A DNA stretch of 64,000 bases from assembly GCA_964615625.1 (NCBI GenBank), contig CAZTQT010000003.1, positions 4,379-68,378 of the forward strand, read 5' to 3'. Below, piece by piece: positions 1-8,048 of the stretch (the stretch's first letter is position 1; each line of letters begins with the position of its first letter). The position numbers were made by a program, and so were the translations under genes. This stretch comes from an uncultured Candidatus Saccharibacteria bacterium (lineage in GTDB: Bacteria > Patescibacteriota > WWE3 > UBA101185 > UBA10185). The notes under the pieces were generated by a model, which searched no databases, was not told the DNA's origin, and worked only from the letters and a program-made list of their open reading frames with translations.

Positions 1-1535
1 CCAATTAGTTTTTCTGATAAGTCTATACATGATGTTATAGCAGGAAGGGTTATAAAAACCTCGTGTCTCTTTTCAATATCTTCAGCTTTCTCTTCCAATA
101 TACTTATAGTATCTTCTCTTGAATTTTCCTCAATTTTCACTATATGAAAAAGTCTAGATATTGCTTCATTCGGTTCTATATATTTTCTATAATTTGATAT
201 GGAAATAGCTCCTATAAGTCGTATTCTCTGTCTTGATATATGGCTTTCTAAAACTGACAGTACTGTTGAGTTATAACCCCCTTCTTCGCCCATTCCCGTA
301 ATGAGATTTTGGATCTCATCAATGAAAAGTATTATATCTCCGGATCCTTCTGCTTCTTCTAAAGCCAAAGATACTTTATCTGAAACATTTCCCGAATCTT
401 TGTTCTCAGAAGTTAGGAGACCTACATTTATACTAACCATCCTTTTATTTCTTAGAGTTTTATGTTCAGTTCCTGTCATTATTTCGTAAGCTATGCCGTT
501 TATTATAGATGTTTTACCAACTCCAGATTCTCCTATCATTAAGATATCATTCTTCTCACTATCTAATATATCTGCAATTTGTTTTATTTCTAAATCCCTT
601 CCTATAACATTTTTAACTTGCCCTCTTTTCACTTGTTTTGTTATATCTACAGAAATTTTGTCTAAATTTGGTGTTACTCTACCCAACATTCCCTTTCCTA
701 TCCCTCCAGAAGGAGGTTTTCTGTACCCATCTTGCCATATATATTGTTTTTCCTTATTTTCTTTTTGATTTACTATCCAAAAAGCAGACTTCTCTATAAT
801 GTCAAAATTTGAGTTAAATATTAAAAGTAGTGTGTTTATATTTGGTATATTTTCTACTATTGCTATAAAAAGATGTTCTAACTCAACATATCTTGAAGAG
901 TTAGTTTTAGCTTTCTCAAAACTACTCCCTACTATGTCGTCAATTTTGGGATTTTGTGCGTTAAGTATTTTTTCCTCAAATTCTGGAATATCTAGCTCAC
1001 ACTTTTTAAGTAAATGTTTTATTTGCTCATCTTTAAAAAGTTCAAGAAGAATTAATCTTGTATCTTTGTTCGTGTTTTTTAATATATAGGCCGGTTTAGG
1101 TCTGAAAGACTTTATTTTTGATTGTTGTGTGGATATTTGTGAGATTTTTTTGGATGGTTTATCTAAGTTTATGTATACAAATACCAAGTATAGAAAAATA
1201 AAATAAAGTATTACATAAATAAGGGAGGATGATTTAAAAATAAAAAATGGAATGGCGATCCATATTATAGGAGATATTATTAGTGCTATTACGGCAAAGA
1301 ACATTAATATCATTCCTATAAAAATCATGAATATTCTAGTAAAAAAACTGACCATTCTACCTGTGAAGTTAGTTAAACCAAAAAGTGGGACAAAAAGAAG
1401 CCTTATGTTGTCAGTAAAGGAAATTGTATTGTCAAAACCAGATAAAAGTATTCCACCAACTTTAGTTATTTTCAACGGTGTTTTTACCAACCACCAATAT
1501 AAGAATTTGTGAGGAGGTTTTACGTAATAAGGCAT
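1..1535 (-). CDS. Membrane-anchored Clp/Hsp100-family AAA+ ATPase (partial; C-terminus outside window)
   Basis: Translated the minus strand by hand; the frame is open from the ATG at 1535 down to position 1 with no stop, and it is missing from the ORF track because it is open at the window edge. N-terminal ~140 aa are strongly hydrophobic (about 4 predicted TM helices, e.g. FGLTNFTGRMVSFFTRIFMIFIGMILMFFAVIALIISPIIWIAIPFFIF). Then a Clp_N-like repeat (VELEHLFIAIVEN). Then the AAA-1 region: NVIGRDLEIKQIADIL...NDILMIGESGVGKTSIINGIAYEI (Walker A) and DIILFIDEIQ (Walker B), typical of ClpA/B/C. Start codon is uncertain (1535, or an internal Met such as 1355). Confidence 0.6.
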   Translation of the reverse strand, partial: MPYYVKPPHKFLYWWLVKTPLKITKVGGILLSGFDNTISFTDNIRLLFVPLFGLTNFTGRMVSFFTRIFMIFIGMILMFFAVIALIISPIIWIAIPFFIFKSSSLIYVILYFIFLYLVFVYINLDKPSKKISQISTQQSKIKSFRPKPAYILKNTNKDTRLILLELFKDEQIKHLLKKCELDIPEFEEKILNAQNPKIDDIVGSSFEKAKTNSSRYVELEHLFIAIVENIPNINTLLLIFNSNFDIIEKSAFWIVNQKENKEKQYIWQDGYRKPPSGGIGKGMLGRVTPNLDKISVDITKQVKRGQVKNVIGRDLEIKQIADILDSEKNDILMIGESGVGKTSIINGIAYEIMTGTEHKTLRNKRMVSINVGLLTSENKDSGNVSDKVSLALEEAEGSGDIILFIDEIQNLITGMGEEGGYNSTVLSVLESHISRQRIRLIGAISISNYRKYIEPNEAISRLFHIVKIEENSREDTISILEEKAEDIEKRHEVFITLPAITSCIDLSEKLI

Positions 1536-1574
1536 TAAGAAAAGAATAACAGAAATAAAAGGAATAGGGTATAT

Positions 1575-2027
1575 TTAAAGATTTATTCCCTTAAAAATTA
1601 CTCCAGATATAAAGCCTAACAAAATTGAAATTATGAAAAAAAGTTTGTTTTTATTAAAAACTACAATTCCTAGGTATGGGATTGATGCTATCACTTTTCC
1701 TATAATCTCCTTTTCTGAAATTGGTTGGGGATCTTTTTCTTCGTTATTATCACCCTTAGTATAAAAAAAGTATTGACCGTGTGTAAAAGATATATCTGTT
1801 ATTCTGTGAGTTATTATCGGACCTTTGTTGTTCTGTTTATAAGAGATAATGTCACCTATTTTTAAAGTTTTAGGTTTTTTTACTATTACAAGTGAGTTTA
1901 ATTTTAAACTTGGGGACATAGATGATGAAGATATTTTATAGATTTTTATATTTAATTTGAGAATAATCAATAATATTATTAATGTAGGTATTATCAAAAA
2001 TAGGGAAGTGGATAGAACTTTTCTCAT
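1575..2027 (-). CDS. Type I signal peptidase, SipW/archaeal-ER type (S26B)
   Basis: 150 aa with an N-terminal TM segment, a catalytic Ser box (SSSMSPSL), a His box (ITHRI), a GDNN box and a C-terminal TM anchor. This architecture is typical of SipW/Sec11-type peptidases rather than LepB. Confidence 0.75.
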   Translation of the reverse strand: MRKVLSTSLFLIIPTLIILLIILKLNIKIYKISSSSMSPSLKLNSLVIVKKPKTLKIGDIISYKQNNKGPIITHRITDISFTHGQYFFYTKGDNNEEKDPQPISEKEIIGKVIASIPYLGIVVFNKNKLFFIISILLGFISGVIFKGINL

Positions 2028-2061
2028 ATTGTTTTTTTAAGTTTAAATTTTAATAACATGC

Positions 2062-2089
2062 TCCGCGGCGGGCTAAAGCCCGCCGCGGA
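2062..2089 (-). terminator. Perfect 11-bp GC stem-loop (ccgcggcgggc-taaa-gcccgccgcgg) between the TasA-like gene and the sipW-like gene
   Basis: It is the only GC-rich stretch in an AT-rich spacer. On the minus strand it is followed by a U/A-rich tract. It lies 3' of the 2108..2695 gene and 5' of the signal peptidase gene, so it could be an intra-operon attenuator or terminator. Confidence 0.4.
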
Positions 2090-2107
2090 AGCCTGAGTTT
2101 TAACAAA

Positions 2108-2695
2108 TTACATTTGTATAGCATTAAACTCAAAATCAAACGTTGCAGCAGCTCCCTGTTTTGTAGCACTTATATTAGGCGTAGAAAATCTCAATATTAG
2201 CTCCATAGTTTGTCCATGGTTAAGTTCTCCTAAACTAAATCCTTCAGTTTTCCACTTAATAAATGATTTCTGCCCCAAGCTGAGTCCTTCTTCACCTGGA
2301 TCCACTATTCCGTTTTGGTTTGTATCTGCCCATTTTATTATTTCAACCATTATGTCTGATCTTAGGTCTTTAGGATCATTCACGGTTTCGTAGTAAGCTT
2401 TAGAGGTTATACCTATTTTTGATGTTGCCATACTTATTAGTTTTATAAGATAGTCTTGTTGCCAACCAGGTCCTAGATTATCAAAACTTGGTCCTGGAAG
2501 CCCGTCTCTGTAGTTTGCTGGATCTGTTCCCATTGATAAAGATTCTAAAAACATTAAATTAGCACTACCTACACTAAAAGTAGATCCAGCAACCTTTGCT
2601 TGGTCGGTAAAAGCAGAGTAGGTTATACCTGCTAATAGAGATATTGTTACAATGGCTAAGCCTATTATATATGGTATTTTCTTTTTCATAATCAC
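2108..2695 (-). CDS. Secreted TasA/camelysin-like (peptidase M73 family) protein with a SipW-cognate-type signal peptide
   Basis: 195 aa. N-terminal signal/TM (KKKIPYIIGLAIVTISLLAG) is followed by SAFTDQAKVAGSTFSVGSANL, which matches the AYFSD.E......F.AGTLDL signature of TasA/CalY. The C-terminal strand ATFDFEFNAIQ resembles the TasA C-terminus. The gene is adjacent to the SipW-type peptidase. Confidence 0.6.
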   Translation of the reverse strand: MIMKKKIPYIIGLAIVTISLLAGITYSAFTDQAKVAGSTFSVGSANLMFLESLSMGTDPANYRDGLPGPSFDNLGPGWQQDYLIKLISMATSKIGITSKAYYETVNDPKDLRSDIMVEIIKWADTNQNGIVDPGEEGLSLGQKSFIKWKTEGFSLGELNHGQTMELILRFSTPNISATKQGAAATFDFEFNAIQM

Positions 2696-2711
2696 CTCCT
2701 TTCTTTTTAAA

Positions 2712-3395
2712 TTAACAACAACTTATCAGGTTGGAAGATTTCATGCTTGAAAAATTGTCATTTGTAACAATGACGTGATCTATCAATGGTATCCCCATGT
2801 TTATACCAGCGTTGTGTATTCTTTTTGTTACTTTTATGTCTTCGTCACTTGGTTCACATTTTTCAGATGGGTGATTGTGGGCCAAAATTATATAACAAGA
2901 GTTTTTGGAGACAGCTTTTTTGAATATTTCTCTTGGGTGTATCAGAGTTTCGTTTAGAGTGCCTTTGGATATTATGTCTTTTGATATAAGTTTGTTCCTA
3001 CTATCAAGACACAGCAAAAATAGGTATTCTTGATTTTTATTGAAAATGTCCTTTCTAACAATGTCATATACATCTTTTGGTGTTTTTACATAAGTTGGAG
3101 TTTCTCGTGACGGTGATAAGTATCTTTTAGATATTTCTTCCACGGCTTTTAAAGAGGATGCCTTTGCTGTATCTATATTTTTAAACTCTAATATCTCTTC
3201 TATATCAGCTAAAAGCAATTCTTTTATACCGCCAAATTTATTTATTAAATCCCTAGAGAGGGATGTGACAGGGTAGTCTTTACCACCAGATCTTAATATT
3301 ATAGATACAAGTTCCACATCTGTTAGGTTTTCTGCTCCTATTTTCATGAGTTTTTCCCTTGGTTTTTCAATTTTTTGAAGATCGTTAATTTTCAT
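2712..3395 (-). CDS. radC: RadC-family JAMM/MPN domain protein
   Basis: 227 aa. Has an N-terminal HhH-like region and an HNHPSEKCEPSDEDIKVTKRI...IPLIDHVIV JAMM motif. Confidence 0.8.
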   Translation of the reverse strand: MKINDLQKIEKPREKLMKIGAENLTDVELVSIILRSGGKDYPVTSLSRDLINKFGGIKELLLADIEEILEFKNIDTAKASSLKAVEEISKRYLSPSRETPTYVKTPKDVYDIVRKDIFNKNQEYLFLLCLDSRNKLISKDIISKGTLNETLIHPREIFKKAVSKNSCYIILAHNHPSEKCEPSDEDIKVTKRIHNAGINMGIPLIDHVIVTNDNFSSMKSSNLISCC

Positions 3396-3470
3396 ATCAT
3401 TTTCGTTTTGTAAAATTTATCTCAGCATTTATTTAATATCAATAAAGGTTAGTCTATTTTTAGTAGTAAT

Positions 3471-3779
3471 ATGTTAAATAATAAGGAAATAATAATAGCT
3501 CAAAAAATAAAAAATATAAGATTATTGAAAAATCTATCCCAAGATAGATTTGGGAAGAAGATAGGTAAGTCTGGAAAGACCATCTCTGCTTATGAAAGTG
3601 GGAGGTGTGTTCCTACATTAAAGGTATTAGATGATATATCTCAGGTTTATGATGTAACTTTTATACATACAAATAACGATAGGAAAGAGCAGTTAAGGAG
3701 CAAATTGGATTATTTAAAAAACACAATAAAAGATATAGAGTCAGCGTTTTTAACAGATGAGAACAATTCTGATATTTGA
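3471..3779 (+). CDS. XRE-family helix-turn-helix transcriptional regulator
   Basis: 102 aa. HTH_3-like motif (IRLLKNLSQDRFGKKIGKSGKTISAYESGRCVPTLKVLDDISQVY). Divergent from radC. Confidence 0.6.
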   Translation: MLNNKEIIIAQKIKNIRLLKNLSQDRFGKKIGKSGKTISAYESGRCVPTLKVLDDISQVYDVTFIHTNNDRKEQLRSKLDYLKNTIKDIESAFLTDENNSDI

Positions 3780-3782
3780 TTT

Positions 3783-4304
3783 CTACCTCTTTGAATATTG
3801 TGGTTTCTTTCTTGCTTTTCTGAAGAATGGTTTCTTCCTCTCAACCATTCTAGAGTCTCTAGTCATGAAGCTTTGTTTTCTTAGTGTTTTATCAAATTCC
3901 TCATCTATCTTAGCAAGTGCCTTCGATAGTCCTAGTATAATTGCGTCCATTTGAGAAGGTTTACCAGATCCTTCTACCTTTATAGTAGCTGAATATTTTG
4001 ATTCAGGGTGAGATATTCCAACCGCATGGAATGGTTTTTCCCATCTTGATTGTGTTTTTTCAAAAGGGAAATACTCTGATATAGGCATGTCGTTTACAGT
4101 AAAAGGACCTTTTTCGTCATACAAGAATACTCTAGCTACGGCTGTTTTCCTTCTTCCTGTTCCAGTGAACAAACCTGTTTTGGATTTCTTCTTTTCTTTT
4201 TTTACTTTAGTATTTTCTGCAGTATTTTCTACTACTTCAACTTTCTCAACCTTTTCTTCTTTTATAACTTCTTTTTTCTTTGTCTCTTTTTTTGTTGTAG
4301 CCAT
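3783..4304 (-). CDS. rpsI: 30S ribosomal protein S9 with a Lys/Glu-rich N-terminal extension
   Basis: GRRKTAVARV...QSFMTRDSRMVERKK...YSKR. About 45 extra N-terminal residues (KKETKKKEVIKEEKVEK...). Confidence 0.9.
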   Translation of the reverse strand: MATTKKETKKKEVIKEEKVEKVEVVENTAENTKVKKEKKKSKTGLFTGTGRRKTAVARVFLYDEKGPFTVNDMPISEYFPFEKTQSRWEKPFHAVGISHPESKYSATIKVEGSGKPSQMDAIILGLSKALAKIDEEFDKTLRKQSFMTRDSRMVERKKPFFRKARKKPQYSKR

Positions 4305-4735
4305 TATTTGTTTAACTGTGCAGTGTGTGGGTGTTCCTCACCTGCGTAAATATATAAATTTGCTAATCTTTCTTTTCTTAATTTATTTTTTGGTAACATT
4401 CCAGAAACAGATCTTCTCAAAGCCTCTGTAGGTAATCTTACCATCAAAGACTCCAAGCTTTCTGATCTTAATCCTTTTGGAAAACCTGTATGTCTTATGT
4501 ATTGTTTATCTTCCATTTTTTTACCTGTTACCTTAATTTTTTCGGCATTTATAACTACAACCTTACCTCCCCAATTTTGAGACGGTGTGTAGTTAGGATT
4601 ATCTTTTCCCGTTAAGAGAATTGCTATCTTTTCACTGATTTTTCCTAATATCTGATCTTTGGCATCAACTAGATACCATTTATCTTCTCTTTTTGTAGGA
4701 TTTAAAAATGTAGTTTTATTCGGTTTTGTTTTCAT
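4304..4735 (-). CDS. rplM: 50S ribosomal protein L13
   Basis: KWYLVDAKDQILGKISEKIAILLTGK..., immediately upstream of rpsI. Confidence 0.9.
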   Translation of the reverse strand: MKTKPNKTTFLNPTKREDKWYLVDAKDQILGKISEKIAILLTGKDNPNYTPSQNWGGKVVVINAEKIKVTGKKMEDKQYIRHTGFPKGLRSESLESLMVRLPTEALRRSVSGMLPKNKLRKERLANLYIYAGEEHPHTAQLNK

Positions 4736-5168
4736 CCTTATTTTCTTTCTTGCTAACTTTTCTCTTTAGTTTCTCTTTAGTTTCTTCTATGTTAGAAACC
4801 AATTCTATCCTAGCTGTTTGCGCATTATCTCCGTCTCTGTTACCAGTTTTGATAATTCTTGTATAACCACCTTTTCTTTCTAAGAACTTTGGAGCTACTT
4901 CATCTACAAGTTTTCTTATTGCGGACTCAGATCTTATTTCTTTTCTAATATTTTTAACAATATTAAATTTAGATATTTTATCACCAGTTTTGTTTGCTTT
5001 TATACCCTTTGTTATAACCCTTTCAACTTTGGGCTTTATGTATTTAGCCTTTGCTAGAGTTGTATTAATCTTACCTTCCTCAATTATTTGAGTAATAAGA
5101 TTCATAGTTAAAGCTTTTCTATGATCTTTATCTCTATTTAAAGTTTTCTTTACAACTCTGTGTCTCAT
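4716..5168 (-). CDS. rplQ: 50S ribosomal protein L17
   Basis: MRHRVVKKTLNRDKDHRKAL...GGYTRIIKTGNRDGDNAQTARIEL. Confidence 0.9.
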   Translation of the reverse strand: MRHRVVKKTLNRDKDHRKALTMNLITQIIEEGKINTTLAKAKYIKPKVERVITKGIKANKTGDKISKFNIVKNIRKEIRSESAIRKLVDEVAPKFLERKGGYTRIIKTGNRDGDNAQTARIELVSNIEETKEKLKRKVSKKENKDENKTE

Positions 5169-5171
5169 TGT

Positions 5172-6095
5172 TTACTTTCTATAGCCTTCCTTTTCTAGTA
5201 AATCTTTTATTTCTTGAAGTGATTTTTCACCTATATTTTTAATATCTTCTAGTTCTTCATTTGTTTTCTTTGCTAATTCTTGAAGAGTGTTGATTTTACT
5301 CTTTTTCAAAGCGTTTATGGTTCTTGTTTGTAGTAAGAGCTCCTCAACTAAGATATCTTCTACAGGTTTAGACATTGTCTTAGGTTTTTCCTTCACTTCT
5401 TTTTCTTGTGGATCTGCTTTCCATTCTTGGAAGTTTATATAATATTCTTTTAATATACCTGCAGCGTCTTTTATAGCATCTTTAGGAGATATGCTACCGT
5501 CTGTTTCAATTGTAAAAGTTATTTTATCTAAGTCTGTTCTACCGCCAAATCTTGTAGGTTCAATCTCGTAATTAGCACTTACTATTGGAGAGAATAAAGC
5601 ATCTAATATAATGACCCCAACTTTTGATGTTTGTCTATCTTCCATAGGGGAATAACCGACACCTTGTTCTACAACAATTTCCATTTCTAATTTAGCTTTA
5701 GCGTCTGATAGTGTAGCTATATGCTGGTCTTTGTTCATTATTTCAACGTCAGATGTTAGTTCAATATCCTTAGCGGTTACTTTTCCAGGACCTTTTTTAT
5801 TCAAAGTTACTATGACTGGTCCTTCGGAATGGCTCTTAAATCTTATTTTTTTCAAATTTAGTGTTATTTCAACTATGTCTTCTTTGACACCTGTAAGTGT
5901 TGTAAATTGATGGGTAGCACCACTTACTTTAACTTGTGTGGCTGCCGAACCTTTTATAGAGGATAAGAGAACTCTTCTTAATGCATTTGCCAATGTATAA
6001 CCAAAACCTGTAGGTAACGGTTCATAAGAATAAACTCCAATATTTCCATCCTCTTTTATGGTGTTTATTTTTAAATTTTCTTTAGTAACTTCCAT
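5172..6095 (-). CDS. rpoA: DNA-directed RNA polymerase alpha subunit
   Basis: 307 aa. N-terminal dimerisation domain plus a C-terminal alphaCTD (LLLQTRTINALKKSKINTLQEL). Sits in the conserved rpsD-rpoA-rplQ context. Confidence 0.9.
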   Translation of the reverse strand: MEVTKENLKINTIKEDGNIGVYSYEPLPTGFGYTLANALRRVLLSSIKGSAATQVKVSGATHQFTTLTGVKEDIVEITLNLKKIRFKSHSEGPVIVTLNKKGPGKVTAKDIELTSDVEIMNKDQHIATLSDAKAKLEMEIVVEQGVGYSPMEDRQTSKVGVIILDALFSPIVSANYEIEPTRFGGRTDLDKITFTIETDGSISPKDAIKDAAGILKEYYINFQEWKADPQEKEVKEKPKTMSKPVEDILVEELLLQTRTINALKKSKINTLQELAKKTNEELEDIKNIGEKSLQEIKDLLEKEGYRK

Positions 6096-6132
6096 ATTTT
6101 CCTCCTTAGCCTACACAAGCAGGCTATTAAAA

Positions 6133-6735
6133 TTATCTTGAATAGAACTCAATTATTGATTGAACATCAACGTTTTCTTGAAGATCGTCTTCAGCAGGGA
6201 ACCTGCTGTATTTAACTGATTTTTCTTTTAAGTTGACTTCTAGCCAATCAGGCATTATGAAACCTTCTCTTAAACTTATTTTCTCAATACTTACAGGTTT
6301 TATAATATCCCCAACTTTTATTTGTGCTGAGGGTACGTTTATTTCTTTGTCATTGACAGTAAATAAACCTCTTCTTATATTTTGTCTTGCTTGTGCTCTA
6401 GATACGGCAAAACCACTTCTGTATACCAAATTATCTAACCTGGATTCTAGTTTTTGCATTAAAATACTTCCAGAAACCCCCTTAGATTTTAAGGCTTCTT
6501 TTACGTAGCTTCTAAATTGTTTTTCAAGCAATCCGTATATCCTTTTTGCCTTTTGTTTTTCCCTTAATTGTTGGCCATAAGAGGAAAGAGTCTTTCTGCT
6601 TAGACCATGTTGTCCTGGGGCTTGTATTTTATCAGCTAAGGGACATTTTTCACTTTCACATTTTTTACCTTTTAAATAGAGCTTAACCCCTTCTCTTCTA
6701 CACATTCTGCATTTTGGTCCTATATATCTTGCCAT
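6133..6735 (-). CDS. rpsD: 30S ribosomal protein S4
   Basis: MARYIGPKCRMCRREGVKLYLKG...PGQHG. Confidence 0.9.
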   Translation of the reverse strand: MARYIGPKCRMCRREGVKLYLKGKKCESEKCPLADKIQAPGQHGLSRKTLSSYGQQLREKQKAKRIYGLLEKQFRSYVKEALKSKGVSGSILMQKLESRLDNLVYRSGFAVSRAQARQNIRRGLFTVNDKEINVPSAQIKVGDIIKPVSIEKISLREGFIMPDWLEVNLKEKSVKYSRFPAEDDLQENVDVQSIIEFYSR

Positions 6736-6737
6736 TT

Positions 6738-7112
6738 TTACACCCTTCTCCTATTTTTAGGTCTACACCCGTTGTGAGGCATAGGTGTTTGATCAGAAAT
6801 TGATACCACATTAAGTCCTGCAGATTTTAAGGCTTTTATAGAAGAAATTCTTCCCATTCCAGGTCCTTTAACAAATACAGAAACCTCTCTTAAACCAGCA
6901 TTAAAGGCCACAACCCCTGCTTGTTCAGCTGCTTTAGTAGCAGCATACGGGGTTGACTTTCTTGAACCTTTAAAACCAGATCTACCAGAACTTCCAGAAA
7001 ATAGAGCATTTCCCTGATCATCAGTTATAGTTATTAAAGTATTATTTACACCGGCTGTAACGTAAGCCCTACCGGTAGAAGATATTTGTTTTTCCTTTTT
7101 TTTCTTTGCCAT
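6738..7112 (-). CDS. rpsK: 30S ribosomal protein S11
   Basis: GRAYVTAG.NNTLITITD..GNAL...SGRSGFKGSRKSTPYAA. Confidence 0.9.
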   Translation of the reverse strand: MAKKKKEKQISSTGRAYVTAGVNNTLITITDDQGNALFSGSSGRSGFKGSRKSTPYAATKAAEQAGVVAFNAGLREVSVFVKGPGMGRISSIKALKSAGLNVVSISDQTPMPHNGCRPKNRRRV

Positions 7113-7113
7113 A

Positions 7114-7500
7114 TTATTTCTTAGCTAATTTTTTCTTTTGACCTCCGACAGTCTTCTTTTTACCTTTTCTGGTTCTAGCATTTGTTCTTGTTCTTTGACC
7201 TCTTGCCGGAAGACCTAGGTGGTGTCTTAAACCTCTATAACTTTTAATTTCTTTTAACCTTCTTATGTTAGAAGTAGTTATTCTTCTAAGCTCACCTTCT
7301 ATAGGTATCTCTAATGTAGATATAGCATTACTTATCTCAGCAATTTCAGCATCTGTCAGGTCTTTGGCTCTGGCATCGGGATTAACCTTAGCCATATCTA
7401 ATATCTTTTTTGATGTCTCTAAACCAATACCTTCAATGTATGTTAAGGACGTTTCTATTCTTTTTTCATTTGGTATATCAACACCTTTAATACGAGGCAT
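7114..7500 (-). CDS. rpsM: 30S ribosomal protein S13
   Basis: [24 protein letters not shown]...[22 protein letters not shown]. Confidence 0.9.
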   Translation of the reverse strand: MPRIKGVDIPNEKRIETSLTYIEGIGLETSKKILDMAKVNPDARAKDLTDAEIAEISNAISTLEIPIEGELRRITTSNIRRLKEIKSYRGLRHHLGLPARGQRTRTNARTRKGKKKTVGGQKKKLAKK

Positions 7501-7502
7501 AT

Positions 7503-7619
7503 TTATCCTTGTCTTTGTTTGTGCTTAGGGTTTCTTTTACATATAACCCTAACAACACCCTTTCTTCTTATTATTTTGCAATCTTTGCAAATAGGTTTTA
7601 TAGACGACCTTACTTTCAT
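7503..7619 (-). CDS. rpmJ: 50S ribosomal protein L36 (38 aa, below the ORF-track size cutoff)
   Basis: Hand translation of the minus strand gives [38 protein letters not shown], sitting between infA and rpsM in canonical order. Confidence 0.8.
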   Translation of the reverse strand: MKVRSSIKPICKDCKIIRRKGVVRVICKRNPKHKQRQG

Positions 7620-7621
7620 AT

Positions 7622-7840
7622 TTATCTTAGACGAAAAGTTATCCTACCTCTCGTTAGATCGTGGGGGGAGAACTCCACTTTTACTTTATCTCCCACTAAC
7701 ACCCTAATACGTTGTTTTCTCATTTTTCCAGATATTACAGCCAAAGCTGTAGAATCATCACCAAATTGAACCTTGAACATACCGCCCATCAGGGTCTCTG
7801 TTACTTTTCCTTCTTTTGTTATTACTTCCTTACTTATCAT
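7622..7840 (-). CDS. infA: Translation initiation factor IF-1
   Basis: 72-aa S1-like OB fold ([21 protein letters not shown]...[27 protein letters not shown]). Confidence 0.9.
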   Translation of the reverse strand: MISKEVITKEGKVTETLMGGMFKVQFGDDSTALAVISGKMRKQRIRVLVGDKVKVEFSPHDLTRGRITFRLR

Positions 7841-7861
7841 TCTTTTTAAAAGACGCGCTTG

Positions 7862-7890
7862 ATTGTATCAGAACAATTTTTCAAGGTCAA
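7862..7890 (-). promoter_or_regulatory. Candidate sigma70-type promoter for the infA-rpmJ-rpsM-rpsK-rpsD-rpoA-rplQ operon
   Basis: On the minus strand: TTGACC, 17 nt, TACAAT, ending about 20 nt upstream of the infA ATG. Confidence 0.45.
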
Positions 7891-8048
7891 TAACCCCAAT
7901 TTGATGACACTTCTTAGTCACCTCATGAGGTCAACATTGTTTTAAATGTCTTAAAATTTAATTAAGACATTCTGTAATCCTTACGCTAATGACTTATATT
8001 ACCACCCCTTATTGAAAAAGCAACGAAAAAAGGATTAAAATGTAAAAG

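Noticed and set aside
301-1089. Three short plus-strand ORFs (301..489, 493..768, 799..1089) in the ORF track
   Set aside because: They lie antisense to the long uninterrupted minus-strand Clp-like reading frame and have low-complexity products. Judged spurious.
1252-1512. 86-aa plus-strand ORF
   Set aside because: Antisense to the hydrophobic N-terminal coding region of the minus-strand ATPase gene; I/K-rich product typical of an AT-rich antisense artefact.
4087-4431. 114-aa plus-strand ORF and similar antisense ORFs inside conserved genes (e.g. 6233..6508, 7265..7528, 9529..9825, 19587..19904, 22731..23102, 25393..25650)
   Set aside because: Each is fully contained antisense within a highly conserved gene and has a low-complexity Ser/Leu/Phe-rich product. 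Spurious.
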